Shown here in pieces: positions 10,292 through 20,181 of a DNA stretch of 64,000 nucleotides. Position numbers and translations under genes: made by a program. Where the stretch lies: the IMG/VR virus record IMGVR_UViG_3300032038_000006; one strand, given 5' to 3'. The number at the start of each line of letters is the position of its first letter. Position 1 is the stretch's first letter. Under the pieces are notes generated by a model. It was not told where the DNA came from, made no database searches, and was given only the letters and a program-made list of their open reading frames with translations. Origin of the DNA: a virus (Duplodnaviria; Heunggongvirae; Uroviricota; Caudoviricetes).

Positions 10292-10602
10292 TGGAAAAGG
10301 CTTTCACAGTTCGTGAAGATTGTGAACTCGTCAATTATATGATTGGTCTTACAGAAGACTTTCACGACAAAAATCCAAACTTCATTCTTCGTGGTTCATA
10401 TGGCGTCCTCGCCGCAAGACTTCTCGGTTTTACTTACCCTGAGTATCTTCGTTACTGTGCTGTCAACGGCGGCACAATAAAGGGTCGCACAGGTTTCCCT
10501 CACTGTGTGTTCAAGAATAAGAAGGACGCAGAGAAAATATGTAATCTTATCAATAAGGAGTGGGATAGATTCGTTCAATCCTTCTATCACAAGTATCGTT
10601 AA
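10291..10602 (+). CDS. hypothetical protein
   Basis: ORF. Confidence 0.45.
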   Translation: MEKAFTVREDCELVNYMIGLTEDFHDKNPNFILRGSYGVLAARLLGFTYPEYLRYCAVNGGTIKGRTGFPHCVFKNKKDAEKICNLINKEWDRFVQSFYHKYR

Positions 10603-10663
10603 AACTAAGCCGCGGTCTTTAATTTTGAGGGTCGCGGCACAACCTGTATATGGAGGTGTCGAT

Positions 10664-10838
10664 TATGTTTTGTTATCTTTTATACATTGGAAGCTATAAT
10701 TCTATAAGTGCAAAACTTTATCAAGTTTTTGAAGAGCAGTATCAAGCAGAAGAAATGGGTGAGAAATTAAAACAAGGCGGTGGATGTGACTATTATTATG
10801 TACAGAGAGAGATAATAGTTAGAGGAAGTATTATATAA
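10664..10838 (+). CDS. small hypothetical protein
   Basis: RBS GGAGGTG; followed by a terminator. Confidence 0.3.
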
Positions 10839-10895
10839 ATCTACTTTATTTTGAAGCAGAAGTTTCTGCTTATTCTTAATAAAGGAGGGAAAACA

Positions 10896-11348
10896 ATGAC
10901 TTATAATTCAAGACCAATGTATGGAATTAAGGAGTCCTTCTATGGTCCTGCGGCATATCGTGAAGCTGAATATCAGCAGAGTACAAAGCCACAGCCTGCT
11001 TAGTCATTGGCAGTTGGTGATAGTAAGACTAAGCCTACTATTGAAGGCTTCGAGAAGACTATTTACCCTCAGCCAGGAACAAAGCAGGAACTTATGGGTG
11101 CAGGTGTAGTTGCTTACGCACAGGCTTTTGAAACTTGGGCAGAGGATACTAATGCTCCAGAGCCAGAGCCAACTCCACAGTATGAGGCTGTAACATTTAC
11201 TGGAACAGGCACGGACGAAGACCCTTATGTACCAGCGTTTGCAGAGAATACATACTACAAGTTAGAAGGAACAGAATATGTACTTCTTTCATCTAAACCC
11301 AATGATTGGGGTACTGGAACATACTATAAGGTAAAGGAAGCAGAATAA
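10896..11348 (+). CDS. hypothetical protein, in-frame TAG at 11001
   Basis: RBS AAAGGAGGG plus ATG; in frame with the track ORF at 11007. Confidence 0.45.
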
Positions 11349-11482
11349 TGAACATGGATATGATTATCGGTGGCGGCACAGGAAGAGAGTTCATTGATGC
11401 TGGTACTTTGAAAGAAATCGAAGCAGCAGCTCCTGCCGCAGCAAACAAGGAAGAAGAAAAAGAAGACCCTAATAAGGAATAA
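11348..11482 (+). CDS. small hypothetical protein
   Basis: Start overlaps the upstream stop. Confidence 0.3.
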   Translation: MNMDMIIGGGTGREFIDAGTLKEIEAAAPAAANKEEEKEDPNKE

Positions 11483-11486
11483 TCTA

Positions 11487-11517
11487 ACTTTTATAAGTCA
11501 AAGGCTTAAAAACCTTT
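11487..11517 (+). terminator. terminator fused to the next promoter -35
   Basis: GTCAAAGG..CCTTTGAC followed by T7. Confidence 0.6.
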
Positions 11518-11534
11518 GACTTTTTTTCTGATTT
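11506..11534 (+). promoter_or_regulatory. sigma70-like promoter
   Basis: TTGACT n17 TATAAT. Confidence 0.65.
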
Positions 11535-11565
11535 ATAGTATAATATTTATATCAAAGGTGATAAA

Positions 11566-11790
11566 ATGAATTTGATATTGATACTTTCTATTCTTGGAGC
11601 TATCTTTAGTCTTGGCGGAAATATCCTCATTATGCTGAAAAAACGTAGTGGCTGGATAGCTTGGATAATAGGAAACTTCCTATGGATAGCGGTCAATATT
11701 GTAGGAGTATTTAATTTGCCAATGGTTTTAATGTATATAGCCTATTTCATAATTAACATTGGCGGATTTGTAAAATGGAAAGGAGACTAA
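11566..11790 (+). CDS. small membrane protein (3 TM)
   Basis: Hydrophobic ORF downstream of a promoter. Confidence 0.45.
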   Translation: MNLILILSILGAIFSLGGNILIMLKKRSGWIAWIIGNFLWIAVNIVGVFNLPMVLMYIAYFIINIGGFVKWKGD

Positions 11791-11792
11791 AT

Positions 11793-12698
11793 ATGCCAAG
11801 ATTATTTTTCACAGTAGGAATCCCTGGCTCTGGTAAGTCCACTTTATATAAGACTTATTTCTCTGAGGCGGCTTATGTATCTTCTGACCAGATACGTCAG
11901 GACGTATTCGGAGATGTTAATGACCAGACTCATAATGCAGGAGTATTTAACTTAATGTTAAATCGTACTCGCGACCTTTTAAAGGCTAATGTCGACGTTT
12001 ACTACGATGCAACAAACATTAATGCTAAGCGTCGTATTGGCTTCTTAAAGGAGTTATCTAAGATACCTGACCTTGTAAAGATATGCGTTCTTTGTGTACC
12101 TCCTTTCGAGACTGTAAAGGAGCGTAATGCTTCTCGTGAGCGTGTCGTTCCTGAGTTCGTTCTCGACCGTATGCTTAGAAATTTCGAGATACCTGACTAT
12201 GCTGAGGGTTGGGATAAGATAATGACTTTCGGTAATGACAATAACTTCGATGTAGTAGGAGAAATGCTTTTCGAAGCTGATAATGTTTCTCACGATAATC
12301 ATCACCACTCTTTATCTATCGGCGGACATATGAGAGCGGCGGAGAAGTATATCGCTGATAAGATGATTCAGATAGTAAGAGACTCATCTCATTCTGATTT
12401 ACTAAGAACTGCGGCACTCTTCCACGATATTGGTAAGCCTTACTGCAAGGTTTATCACGATGCTCGTAACAATCCTACAGAAGAGGCGCACTTCTATAAT
12501 CATGAGAACGTAGGAGCATACTTCTACTTATCTCATTCTGGTTGTTCTGACCGTAATCTCTATATCGCTCTTTTAATCAACCACCATATGGACCACTACA
12601 AGGGCGAGAAGTATATGGAGAAGATGGCAGTTCGTTATAGTGAAGAATTTATGCGAGACCTTGAGCGTCTTCACGAAGCTGATAAGGCGGCGCACTAA
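11793..12698 (+). CDS. polynucleotide 5'-kinase (P-loop) fused to HD-domain phosphohydrolase; Pnkp-like RNA repair enzyme
   Basis: GIPGSGKST Walker A. HD motifs HHHSLSIGGH and ALFHDIGK. Confidence 0.65.
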   Translation: MPRLFFTVGIPGSGKSTLYKTYFSEAAYVSSDQIRQDVFGDVNDQTHNAGVFNLMLNRTRDLLKANVDVYYDATNINAKRRIGFLKELSKIPDLVKICVLCVPPFETVKERNASRERVVPEFVLDRMLRNFEIPDYAEGWDKIMTFGNDNNFDVVGEMLFEADNVSHDNHHHSLSIGGHMRAAEKYIADKMIQIVRDSSHSDLLRTAALFHDIGKPYCKVYHDARNNPTEEAHFYNHENVGAYFYLSHSGCSDRNLYIALLINHHMDHYKGEKYMEKMAVRYSEEFMRDLERLHEADKAAH

Positions 12699-12740
12699 AA
12701 GATTATAATTCCCAAAGGCAATTTTTACCTTATATAAGAA

Positions 12741-12768
12741 GGGTATCTTCGGATACCCTAATTTATTT
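12741..12768 (+). terminator. rho-independent terminator
   Basis: GGGTATC-TTCG-GATACCC followed by a T-rich run. Confidence 0.55.
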
Positions 12769-12783
12769 ATAGGGGGAATTTTA

Positions 12784-13308
12784 ATGCCAAATATTGATAA
12801 GCCTTAGAACTCTGATATGTATCAGTATCCAGATTATTCTAAAAAGAACGGCTGTAAGTGCGGCGACGTTGGTATGTATTTAGGACCAGCTTGCCCTCCA
12901 TTCCCTCCAATGCCACCAGACTATCCATATCCTCCATGTCCTCCTCCGTTTCCTCCATTCCCTCCTTTCCCTCCTCAGCCAGAGCCTGAGCCAGAGCCAG
13001 GAAAGAGCAGTAAGGAAGCACAGATTTGCAAGCTCTCTAAGAAGGCTGCGATGATTAATCGTATGCTTGAGAATCTTGAAACAAAGAAGAAGGATGTTAT
13101 TATTAAGGTTGGCGATACAAGCTTTAACTTTGGTAATATTGATGCGGAGATTAAGGACTGGGCAGACGGCAGCTATGCTGCAACAGTCAAGACAATACTT
13201 GAACATCAGCGTTCACTCATTCAGGCTCAGATTAAAGAGCTTGCTGATGAGCTTGATGATGAAGTTGAGACTACACCAGGTGGTATAGAGGAAGCTATTA
13301 CTGGTTAA
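12784..13308 (+). CDS. proline-rich/coiled-coil hypothetical protein, in-frame TAG at 12805
   Basis: RBS AGGGGG plus ATG. Confidence 0.45.
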
Positions 13309-13320
13309 TAGCTTTGAGGG

Positions 13321-13350
13321 GTTCGAAAGAATCCCTCTTTCTTTTTCTTG
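13321..13350 (+). terminator. rho-independent terminator
   Basis: GAGGG..CCCTC followed by a T-run. Confidence 0.55.
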
Positions 13351-13376
13351 ACTTTTTAATTTTTCTGTGATATAAT
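13348..13376 (+). promoter_or_regulatory. sigma70-like promoter
   Basis: TTGACT n17 TATAAT, TGn. Confidence 0.65.
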
Positions 13377-13407
13377 AATTATATAATCAGAAAGGAGGGA
13401 AAAGTCA

Positions 13408-14001
13408 ATGAAGAAACCAATAGTTGTAAACCTATTTGCTGGTCCTGGCGCAGGAAAATCTACTGCGGCGGCTTATATCTTTAGTTAGTTAAAGATGAAG
13501 GGAGTAAATTGTGAGCTGATAACAGAGTTCGCAAAAGATAAAACTTGGGAGAAGAACTATTCCGCATTAAGATGTTAGGAATATGTTTTCGGCAAACAGT
13601 CCTATAAAATGGACAGATGCCGCGACCAAGTAGATGTTATCATCACAGATAGCCCATTGCCGCTCGGAGTATTTTATAATCAGAATCCAGTCTTGGGACA
13701 GCATTATGAACATTTAGTAATGGATGTGTTTAATACTTATGATAACATTAACTATTTTATCAATCGAAAAAAGCCTTACAATCCTGTTGGCAGAAATCAG
13801 ACAGAGGAAGAAGCAAAAGAGATTGATGTCAGAATAAAGAAGTTCCTTTAGGTCCATGATATTCCTTATTGGATAAAAGATGGAACTGAAGCAGGATATA
13901 CAGACATTTGTAATGACGTGTTGGATTATATCCATAAAGCACAAACAAAAGAATGGCTAAGCAATGAATATGATAAATTTGCGACAGAATATTACGATTA
14001 A
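13408..14001 (+). CDS. P-loop NTPase/kinase (dNMP-kinase-like); in-frame TAG at 13486, 13576, 13849
   Basis: RBS AAAGGAGGG. GPGAGKST Walker A. Continuous only if TAG is sense. Confidence 0.5.
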
Positions 14002-14005
14002 AAAT

Positions 14006-14034
14006 TTGACTTTCTGAAAATATTATTATATAAT
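14006..14034 (+). promoter_or_regulatory. sigma70-like promoter
   Basis: TTGACT n17 TATAAT. Confidence 0.6.
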
Positions 14035-14065
14035 ATATATAGAAAATCAAACAGGAGGAGAAGTA

Positions 14066-14368
14066 ATGAGTTTAAATCAGAGAGGATTTCAGCCTTGGGA
14101 TATAGTAAAGTCTAAGGTGCTTATGAATGTAACAATGCTCGAAAAAGTTGAAGACGAGAATGGGGTAACATCACTTAAAGTTACCGACAATCAAATTTTT
14201 AAGATGAGTGGTAAGGAGTTCAGAACAAGTCTTGAGCAGGACAGACTTGACGGCGTTAAACACAAGGTCGAGATTGTTTATGAAAAGCCTGAGAAGTTCC
14301 AGATAAATGGAATTTACATTCTTGCTGATGGCAGAAAGGCTTGGACTTTTGCTGAAAAGACCAATTAA
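14066..14368 (+). CDS. hypothetical protein
   Basis: RBS. Confidence 0.45.
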   Translation: MSLNQRGFQPWDIVKSKVLMNVTMLEKVEDENGVTSLKVTDNQIFKMSGKEFRTSLEQDRLDGVKHKVEIVYEKPEKFQINGIYILADGRKAWTFAEKTN

Positions 14369-14372
14369 AAAT

Positions 14373-14401
14373 TTGACTTTTTAAATAAAATATAATATAA
14401 T
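14373..14401 (+). promoter_or_regulatory. sigma70-like promoter
   Basis: TTGACT n17 TATAAT. Confidence 0.55.
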
Positions 14402-14433
14402 ATTATTACAATATTAAAAAGGAGCGATTTTAA

Positions 14434-14571
14434 ATGGCTGATACATATGAAATAATCTGTGAAGAGTGCGGTAAGCCTTTTGATTCAGTTGATGAAGAGG
14501 CTACACTTTGCCCTGAGTGCTGGAGTGCTTTAATCTCAGAAATGGGAGATGGAAAAGATGGAGGTAATTCA
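14434..14571 (+). CDS. small zinc-ribbon protein
   Basis: CxxC...CxxC. Confidence 0.35.
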
Positions 14572-15199
14572 TAATTATAATGAAGTTTCTAATTTAAGAG
14601 GTATTGTTAGTGGTATATATAAAATAACTTATTTACCATTAAATAAATCTTATATTGGAAAAAGTACCGATATTTATAAACGTTGGAGACAGCATTTGTA
14701 TCGAGATAATAAATCGAATAAAGATTTCCATTATCTCTTATGGGAAGAGCCACAGAATTTTTCTTTTTCTATATTAGAAGAGTGTGATGTCTCAATAATA
14801 GATGAAAGAGAAAAACATTGGATTGCTTACTATGATACAAAAAATGAAGGATTTAATTTAACTACAGGCGGAGAATGTGGAACTCATTATGATTATGATT
14901 ATGACGAAATTGTAAATATTTATAAACAAAATGGTTATAATGCTGTATTGACTTCAAAGATAATTGGATGCAATAGAGAAACAGTAATAAAGGCGATTTC
15001 AGCGAAAAATGTTAGAAGAACTTTAAAAAGAGCCATTAAATGCTTAGATAAAAAAGGTAATTTAATAAGAACTTTTAATTCGATTGCTGAAGCGTCAAGC
15101 GCAATGGGAATAGATGGTTCTTCAATAAGTGCTGTTTGTAAGAAAAAGAGAAAAAGTGCAGGTGGTTTCATCTGGGTATATCAGGAAGAAGGCGAATAA
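14549..15199 (+). CDS. GIY-YIG homing endonuclease with C-terminal DNA-binding modules; AT-rich
   Basis: Motifs GIYKITY, YIGKS, KRW, N..TGG. Confidence 0.7.
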   Translation: MEKMEVIHNYNEVSNLRGIVSGIYKITYLPLNKSYIGKSTDIYKRWRQHLYRDNKSNKDFHYLLWEEPQNFSFSILEECDVSIIDEREKHWIAYYDTKNEGFNLTTGGECGTHYDYDYDEIVNIYKQNGYNAVLTSKIIGCNRETVIKAISAKNVRRTLKRAIKCLDKKGNLIRTFNSIAEASSAMGIDGSSISAVCKKKRKSAGGFIWVYQEEGE

Positions 15200-15663
15200 T
15201 GGAGATAATAACTTCATACTTTTATCAAATAAGATTTTTTACTCCTAATATTATTCCATTAAGTATGGCGGTTTTTGACCCTGCTTGGTATCATATCAAC
15301 GGAGACTATAAGTCAACTTACGTTGATAAGAATGGTGTCCTTATCGGTTGTAGAGCGGACCCATTCGTATCAGACTTTCAAAATATGGCTGAATGTGGCG
15401 GCAAGACCTGTAAAGCAGACCCACATAGTTGTGCGTTTCTGCGTGATTATTATTTACAGCTCAAGTGCCTTGATTACAGAGAAATGATGGAGAGGTTCGA
15501 GAGCATTGGTCATCGAGTAAAAGACTTCTTACAATTTAAAGAAGACCCCGTTGCCGCCCTAATCGTTTATGAGAAACCAGAACAATTATGTTCAGAAAGA
15601 CTCATTATACAGAAATGGTTTAACGACCATGGCTATGAGATAAAAGAGTTTTCAAAAAATTGA
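15199..15663 (+). CDS. hypothetical protein
   Basis: ORF. Confidence 0.45.
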   Translation: MEIITSYFYQIRFFTPNIIPLSMAVFDPAWYHINGDYKSTYVDKNGVLIGCRADPFVSDFQNMAECGGKTCKADPHSCAFLRDYYLQLKCLDYREMMERFESIGHRVKDFLQFKEDPVAALIVYEKPEQLCSERLIIQKWFNDHGYEIKEFSKN

Positions 15664-15688
15664 CTTTTTTCTGATTTTATGTTATAAT
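15660..15688 (+). promoter_or_regulatory. sigma70-like promoter driving tRNA array 1
   Basis: TTGACT n17 TATAAT, TGn. Confidence 0.65.
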
Positions 15689-15723
15689 ATTTATAGTGAT
15701 TGAGAAAATCAGTCACAATTTAT

Positions 15724-15797
15724 TTCCCCATCGTCTAATGGTAGGACGCTTGCCTTTGAAGCAAAGAATAGGGGTTCGACTCCCTTTGGGGAAACCA
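15724..15797 (+). tRNA. tRNA-Gln(TTG)
   Basis: Cloverleaf; T-loop TTCGACT; CCA encoded. Confidence 0.8.
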
Positions 15798-15854
15798 ATA
15801 TCATAATGGTCTGGCATAGCCATCTTGAAAGTATGCCCCTTTCCTTTCTTTAAT

Positions 15855-15930
15855 GGGACGTTAGTACAATGGTTAGTGCCCTCGGCTCATAACCGAGCTT
15901 ATCTGAGTTCGAATCTCAGGCGTCCCACCA
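15855..15930 (+). tRNA. tRNA-Met/Ile2(CAT)
   Basis: Anticodon loop CTCATAA. Confidence 0.8.
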
Positions 15931-15943
15931 GTAAGTTAATAAT

Positions 15944-16021
15944 GTGCCTGTAGTTCAGTTGGCATAGAACACCTGACTTTTAATCAGGGGGTCATGGGTT
16001 CGAGTCCCATCAGGCACACCA
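15944..16021 (+). tRNA. tRNA-Lys(TTT)
   Basis: Loop CTTTTAA. Confidence 0.8.
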
Positions 16022-16161
16022 AACTAAGATGCTATCAGCAATTATATGACAAGTCCAACCCTGCAGAACGACGGTTCGACTCCTCGGCGGCGCGCCATTT
16101 ATATGCGTCGTTAGTTTAACGGTAGAATGGCGGGTACGTCAAACAAAAGCATCTTGATAAT

Positions 16162-16255
16162 GCGGTCGTAAGCCTAATTTGGTAAGGCAGCGGTTTGCTA
16201 AACCGTGAGTAATCGAGCAATCGGTGTGGGAGTTCGAGTCTCCCCGACCGCGCCA
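16162..16255 (+). tRNA. tRNA-Ser(GCT), type II
   Basis: Loop TTGCTAA; long variable arm. Confidence 0.7.
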
Positions 16256-16609
16256 TAATGATTTCTTAAAAGTAATTTTGAGGTCTGGATTTTTTACCGC
16301 AATGTTAGTCAGAATTAAATGAGGAAACGCGGCTCTATCAAAATTACTGTTAAGAGGTCATTATGACCTTTACCCGCTGTGCGGGGTCGTAGAAATACGA
16401 TAGCTCATCCACCACGTGTGGAAAGAGTTCCTTAGTACGTTATGCTTTTCGTATAGCGTTCTATGATTATTGCCGCCCATCTCGGGGCGTGCCCCTTCTC
16501 CATGGTAGCCCTCTTGTGTGGGAGTAAATCACGATGTGACTGTGGATATAATACGAGGATTGACGTACAAGCAAGGGTCCTTATTTAAAAAGCAAAGAGG
16601 TGAAACACA

Positions 16610-16873
16610 ATGAAGAAGGCTATTTTAGCTTGTCTTATGGCAGGCGCTATGGCTGTAACTTTTGTTTCTTGCGATACATCAAAGGATAGCGGAAGCAACA
16701 GTGAAACCACAACAGTAGTTACAACAGAAGTTGAAACAACAGAAGCTGAAACAACTGAAGCTACAACAGTAGCAGAGGAGACAACTGAGGCTACCGAAGA
16801 AACAACTACTACCACAGAAACTGAGGCAGAAGAGACTACAACAGAGACAACTACAACAACTGCTGTAGCTTAA
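16610..16873 (+). CDS. lipoprotein with Thr/Glu-rich (TTE) repeats
   Basis: Signal peptide plus lipobox FVSC; RBS AAAGAGGTG. Confidence 0.5.
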   Translation: MKKAILACLMAGAMAVTFVSCDTSKDSGSNSETTTVVTTEVETTEAETTEATTVAEETTEATEETTTTTETEAEETTTETTTTTAVA

Positions 16874-16888
16874 TAAGCACTCAAAGAT

Positions 16889-16917
16889 TTGACAATTTTT
16901 ATAAAATATGTTATAAT
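16889..16917 (+). promoter_or_regulatory. sigma70-like promoter upstream of the suppressor tRNAs
   Basis: TTGACA n17 TATAAT. Confidence 0.65.
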
Positions 16918-17014
16918 TATTTTATAAGAATGAAAGACGCATTCAGCTATCATTTCTTACAATAGAACACTTAAAATGTTTAAAAGGTAAATGTAAAAGC
17001 GTCTTGGAGAATTT

Positions 17015-17090
17015 TGCCGCTTCGTTTAGTTGGCGAGGACAACGGACTCTAACTCCGTCTTACTGGGTTCGATTCCCAGAGCGGCAACCA
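17015..17090 (+). tRNA. tRNA-Sup(CTA) amber suppressor no. 1
   Basis: Anticodon stem ACGGA/TCCGT; loop CTCTAAC; type I; A73. Confidence 0.7.
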
Positions 17091-17093
17091 TAA

Positions 17094-17170
17094 TTCTCCG
17101 TCGTCAAGAGGCTTAAGACAGCAGTCTCTAAAACTGCCACTCCTTGGTTCGAATCCAAGCGGAGAAACCA
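17094..17170 (+). tRNA. tRNA-Sup(CTA) amber suppressor no. 2 (acceptor TTCTCCG resembles the phage tRNA-Gln genes)
   Basis: Anticodon stem GCAGT/ACTGC; loop CTCTAAA. Confidence 0.75.
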
Positions 17171-17194
17171 ACGTCTTGAAAGGAGGTCTGTCCG

Positions 17195-17320
17195 ATGCAG
17201 TACCTAATAGTTGTTTGTGTAACTGTGTTTCTTTGGAAGCTCATAGAAGTTATGCCAGACATCATCGCCGCAACCCATGACAAGAAGAAGACAGACCCCT
17301 ACAAAGACAATCATTATTAA
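17195..17320 (+). CDS. small membrane peptide (41 aa)
   Basis: RBS AAAGGAGG plus ATG. Confidence 0.3.
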   Translation: MQYLIVVCVTVFLWKLIEVMPDIIAATHDKKKTDPYKDNHY

Positions 17321-17324
17321 AAAT

Positions 17325-17353
17325 TTGACTTTTTTCTTTAGATATGATATAAT
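17325..17353 (+). promoter_or_regulatory. sigma70-like promoter
   Basis: TTGACT n17 TATAAT. Confidence 0.65.
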
Positions 17354-17382
17354 ATTTATGTACTTAAAAAATAACAAACAAT

Positions 17383-17457
17383 GTGGGATTCGTATAACGG
17401 TTAGTATTCCTGTCTTCCAAACAGGCGATGGGAGTTCGATTCTCCTATCCCACACCA
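17383..17457 (+). tRNA. tRNA-Gly(TCC)
   Basis: Loop CTTCCAA. Confidence 0.8.
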
Positions 17458-18180
17458 GTGCCATTATTTAATGGCATTGTAACTTAAATGTTACTGGTTG
17501 CGGCGAGACTTGTCAAGGAAAAGACGTTAAAACCCCACGAGGAAGTGGTTTAAATTCCCTTTACACCCTCGCTGAGAGAAAGCGAATCACCAAATATTCT
17601 CTACAGTTGAGTTGAGGTTTACTCATTGGACTGTTTAAAACCACAAAAACCAAATTGGGCAGAGACCCATCACAGACCTGCCCGACTGTGTGATGGCAGT
17701 ATAAATCCGTGTATTGGCTGGCACGGCAGCGGTTACGTACATTACCGTGAGTACGATAGGCACGCAATGTCCATTCGGGGAAGTACCGATAAAATTACGA
17801 CATCTACTGCTGACGATGTAAAAGGGAAAATTTCTTGGTTATGAACATACCTAAATCAAGTGGTTAAGCGGCGCGTTTACTGCGTTAGTGTGGGAACCTG
17901 ACGACATTACAATGGTCCATAACTTGTGTTGGTTATGGCGGCGATTAGAATAGTCGCCCGTTGTCACGGCAAATTATTCACATAGCTACAGCTCAGTGGC
18001 TTTATAACTAATGAGATTAGGTTGAAATTCCTTTCAGCAACTGGCGATGGAGGGGTTCGAGTACCCTGTCTCCTGTGTGCAGGAGATGTGGCGGCACCCA
18101 AGATTGTTGAAGAAATACTCTCAATTAAGTCGACCTTCACGTGGTGAGAGTGCTTGCGAAATGACTTAGAAATCAAAAAT

Positions 18181-18209
18181 TTGACATTTTTTATAATTTA
18201 TGTTATAAT
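18181..18209 (+). promoter_or_regulatory. sigma70-like promoter
   Basis: TTGACA n17 TATAAT. Confidence 0.65.
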
Positions 18210-18230
18210 AATTATAGAAAATAAAGAGAA

Positions 18231-18304
18231 CGCGCGGTGGTGCAAAGGTAGCATAACGGAGTCATTATCCGTTGATATAGGTTCGAGTCCTGTCTGCGCA
18301 ACCA
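18231..18304 (+). tRNA. initiator-like tRNA-fMet(CAT)
   Basis: C1xA72 mismatch; CGCGCGG...CTGCGCAACCA; loop GTCATTA. Confidence 0.6.
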
Positions 18305-18360
18305 AATAAAGATGTGTCAGCAACTTTTTCTTTAAAATTTTAACGCCGCTATTTTAAATT

Positions 18361-18435
18361 CCTCTCGGCGTTATGGTGTAATCTGGTAGCACAGCCCCAA
18401 AAAGGGGACGGTAAGGTTCAAATCCTATGAGAGGT
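18361..18435 (+). tRNA. degenerate tRNA-like element (anticodon region CCCCAAAAAGGGG)
   Basis: Acceptor CCTCTCG/TGAGAGG and a T-loop TTCAAAT, but no canonical anticodon arm. Confidence 0.3.
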
Positions 18436-18455
18436 AAAAGCACATCTTGATAAAT

Positions 18456-18532
18456 CGCGCCATCTTCTAACAGGTGTAGGAAGTAGCCCTTTCAAGGCTA
18501 AAATGCGAGTTCGAGCCTCGCTGGCGTGACCA
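18456..18532 (+). tRNA. tRNA-Glu(TTC)
   Basis: Loop CTTTCAA. Confidence 0.75.
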
Positions 18533-18652
18533 TTAAGATATATCAGCAACTCACTTTTGTAGGTTCAATTCCTATCTCCCCAACCAATTATATTGGGGAG
18601 ACTGCCCCGCGGTAAAAGGGGTTATATCTTGTAGCCTATTTAATAGGCTTAT

Positions 18653-18729
18653 CGGCGAGTAGCGCAACAGGCAGAGGCAATGGACTTAAAATCCATTCAG
18701 TGTGGGTTCGAATCCCATCTCGCCGACCA
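18653..18729 (+). tRNA. tRNA with anticodon TAA (Leu-decoding) in a type I body
   Basis: Stem ATGGA/TCCAT; loop CTTAAAA; A73. Confidence 0.55.
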
Positions 18730-18807
18730 TGGGGCATTAAGTGCGTGATAATTTTGGTGATTGGTTATCTTGTAGCGCCCCTAAAATCACCATTTAAATC
18801 GGGGATT

Positions 18808-18884
18808 AGCTCAGTTTGGTAGAGCGCTCGCCTTGGGAGCGAGAGGCCGTGGGTTCGAGTCCCGCATCTCCGACCAGATAAGAC
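18808..18884 (+). tRNA. tRNA-Pro(TGG)
   Basis: Loop CTTGGGA. Confidence 0.8.
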
Positions 18885-18944
18885 TCAGCAGCAACTCTGA
18901 AAGTTTTTTGGGCATATAAAAACACAAGATGAGTCTTGATAAAT

Positions 18945-19031
18945 CGGCGTGTGGCGGAATTGGCAGACGCGCCAGCCTAAGGAGCTGGTGTCCTTCGGGA
19001 CGTGTGGGTTCGAGTCCCACCATGCCGACCA
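18945..19031 (+). tRNA. tRNA-Leu(AAG), type II
   Basis: Loop CTAAGGA; variable arm GTCC-TTCG-GGAC. Confidence 0.65.
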
Positions 19032-19187
19032 GAGAATACGTGCGACCACATATAGCGGTCTGTGGTGCCGCGGCACGTATTATCACCACTAAGACAGTCC
19101 AGCAATTCTTTAAAAGCATTTGAATTTTAATCAAAAGGTAGCTAACATAACTGTCTTGAATATTTGAATATAAAGGAGAGATTAACC

Positions 19188-19706
19188 GTGATTACCGAGA
19201 AGATATTTACTCGTGGTAATGGTGAGAAGGTTCGTTATTCACAGATAGGCTCTATTGTAGCCGACTACATCGCAAAGGCACCTAATGCCTCATACGAAAT
19301 AACTGTGGGTACAGATAGCCAGAACCACAAGTGCACAAGAATGGTGGAAGTAATTGCTGTTCACCGTATCGGTGATGGCGGCATTTTCTTCTATCGCAAG
19401 CAAGATATACCAAAGATAAGAGTTCTTAAGACTAAGATACAGGAAGAGACTTCTCGTTCTATTGAGAACGCAACAGGTTTCGTAGACGCTCTTGCTTATG
19501 CTCTTATCGACTATGATATTGACCTTGAGCAAATGTCTAATGACGGAAGATTTACTTTCGCTGTCCACGCTGACATTGGTCACGCAGGTAAGACAAATCA
19601 GCTTATTACTGAGATTACCTCTTGGATTAAGACTTGTGGCTTCGAGGTTGCTATCAAGCCAGATAGCTACGCTGCATCTGGTATCGCAAACAGAATTACA
19701 AAGTAA
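19188..19706 (+). CDS. hypothetical protein (GTG start) inside the tRNA array
   Basis: RBS GGAGAG. Confidence 0.45.
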   Translation: MITEKIFTRGNGEKVRYSQIGSIVADYIAKAPNASYEITVGTDSQNHKCTRMVEVIAVHRIGDGGIFFYRKQDIPKIRVLKTKIQEETSRSIENATGFVDALAYALIDYDIDLEQMSNDGRFTFAVHADIGHAGKTNQLITEITSWIKTCGFEVAIKPDSYAASGIANRITK

Positions 19707-19846
19707 CGAATATCGAGGGAAGGGCATAGTAAATTAAATACTGAGATAGTAGAAATACGTAGCGAAGGTGCTTAATTTACGCTGGTAAGGAAAGTAAGTA
19801 GTGGGTTGCCTATATTCGTTATCATAAATTTTCGGAGGGCGGCACA

Positions 19847-20077
19847 ATGGAAAGAGATAGAGCATACTATCGTTATCAGAGAAGACAACACATAGCTCGC
19901 AAGAGACATATCATTGATGAAACTCATCATTGGTTTTGTGATTGCGACGGAAAGTTAGCCAAAGGTAAAATTCATTGTTCCTGCTGGATGTGTGCCTTCA
20001 ATCATCCTAAGAGTGGCTGGAAGCAGGTTACATATTCCGATATGAAAAGAATTGAAAAGCTTGATTACTCTGAATAG
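19847..20077 (+). CDS. small Cys/His-rich (zinc-binding) protein
   Basis: RBS GGAGGG. Confidence 0.4.
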   Translation: MERDRAYYRYQRRQHIARKRHIIDETHHWFCDCDGKLAKGKIHCSCWMCAFNHPKSGWKQVTYSDMKRIEKLDYSE

Positions 20078-20181
20078 GAGTATCTGGCTGCTTAATAGGG
20101 ACTACACGTTGTTCTTGTAGTTTAAAAGAAGGAAAGAGTCGCTCTCTTGAAATCAAAGGATACGCCCAACCCTATTTCAAT

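Noticed and set aside
13067-13288. Short alternative-frame ORFs such as 13067..13288, 22370..22822, 38412..38726 and 53263..53496
   Set aside because: They overlap better-supported genes in other frames and are inflated by the absence of TAG stops.
17458-18175. RNase P RNA or a second tmRNA in the ORF-free stretch
   Set aside because: No GGAAAGTCCGG / ACAGAA(A)CCGGCTTA-type P4 or P15 motifs, and the 5'/3' ends do not pair into a tRNA-like acceptor.
18630-18650. Ochre-suppressor-like hairpin AGCCT-ATTTAAT-AGGCT (anticodon TTA) inside the 18590 tRNA-fragment unit
   Set aside because: Eleven unpaired nt separate it from the D-arm, no complete cloverleaf can be built, and TAA is clearly used as a stop.
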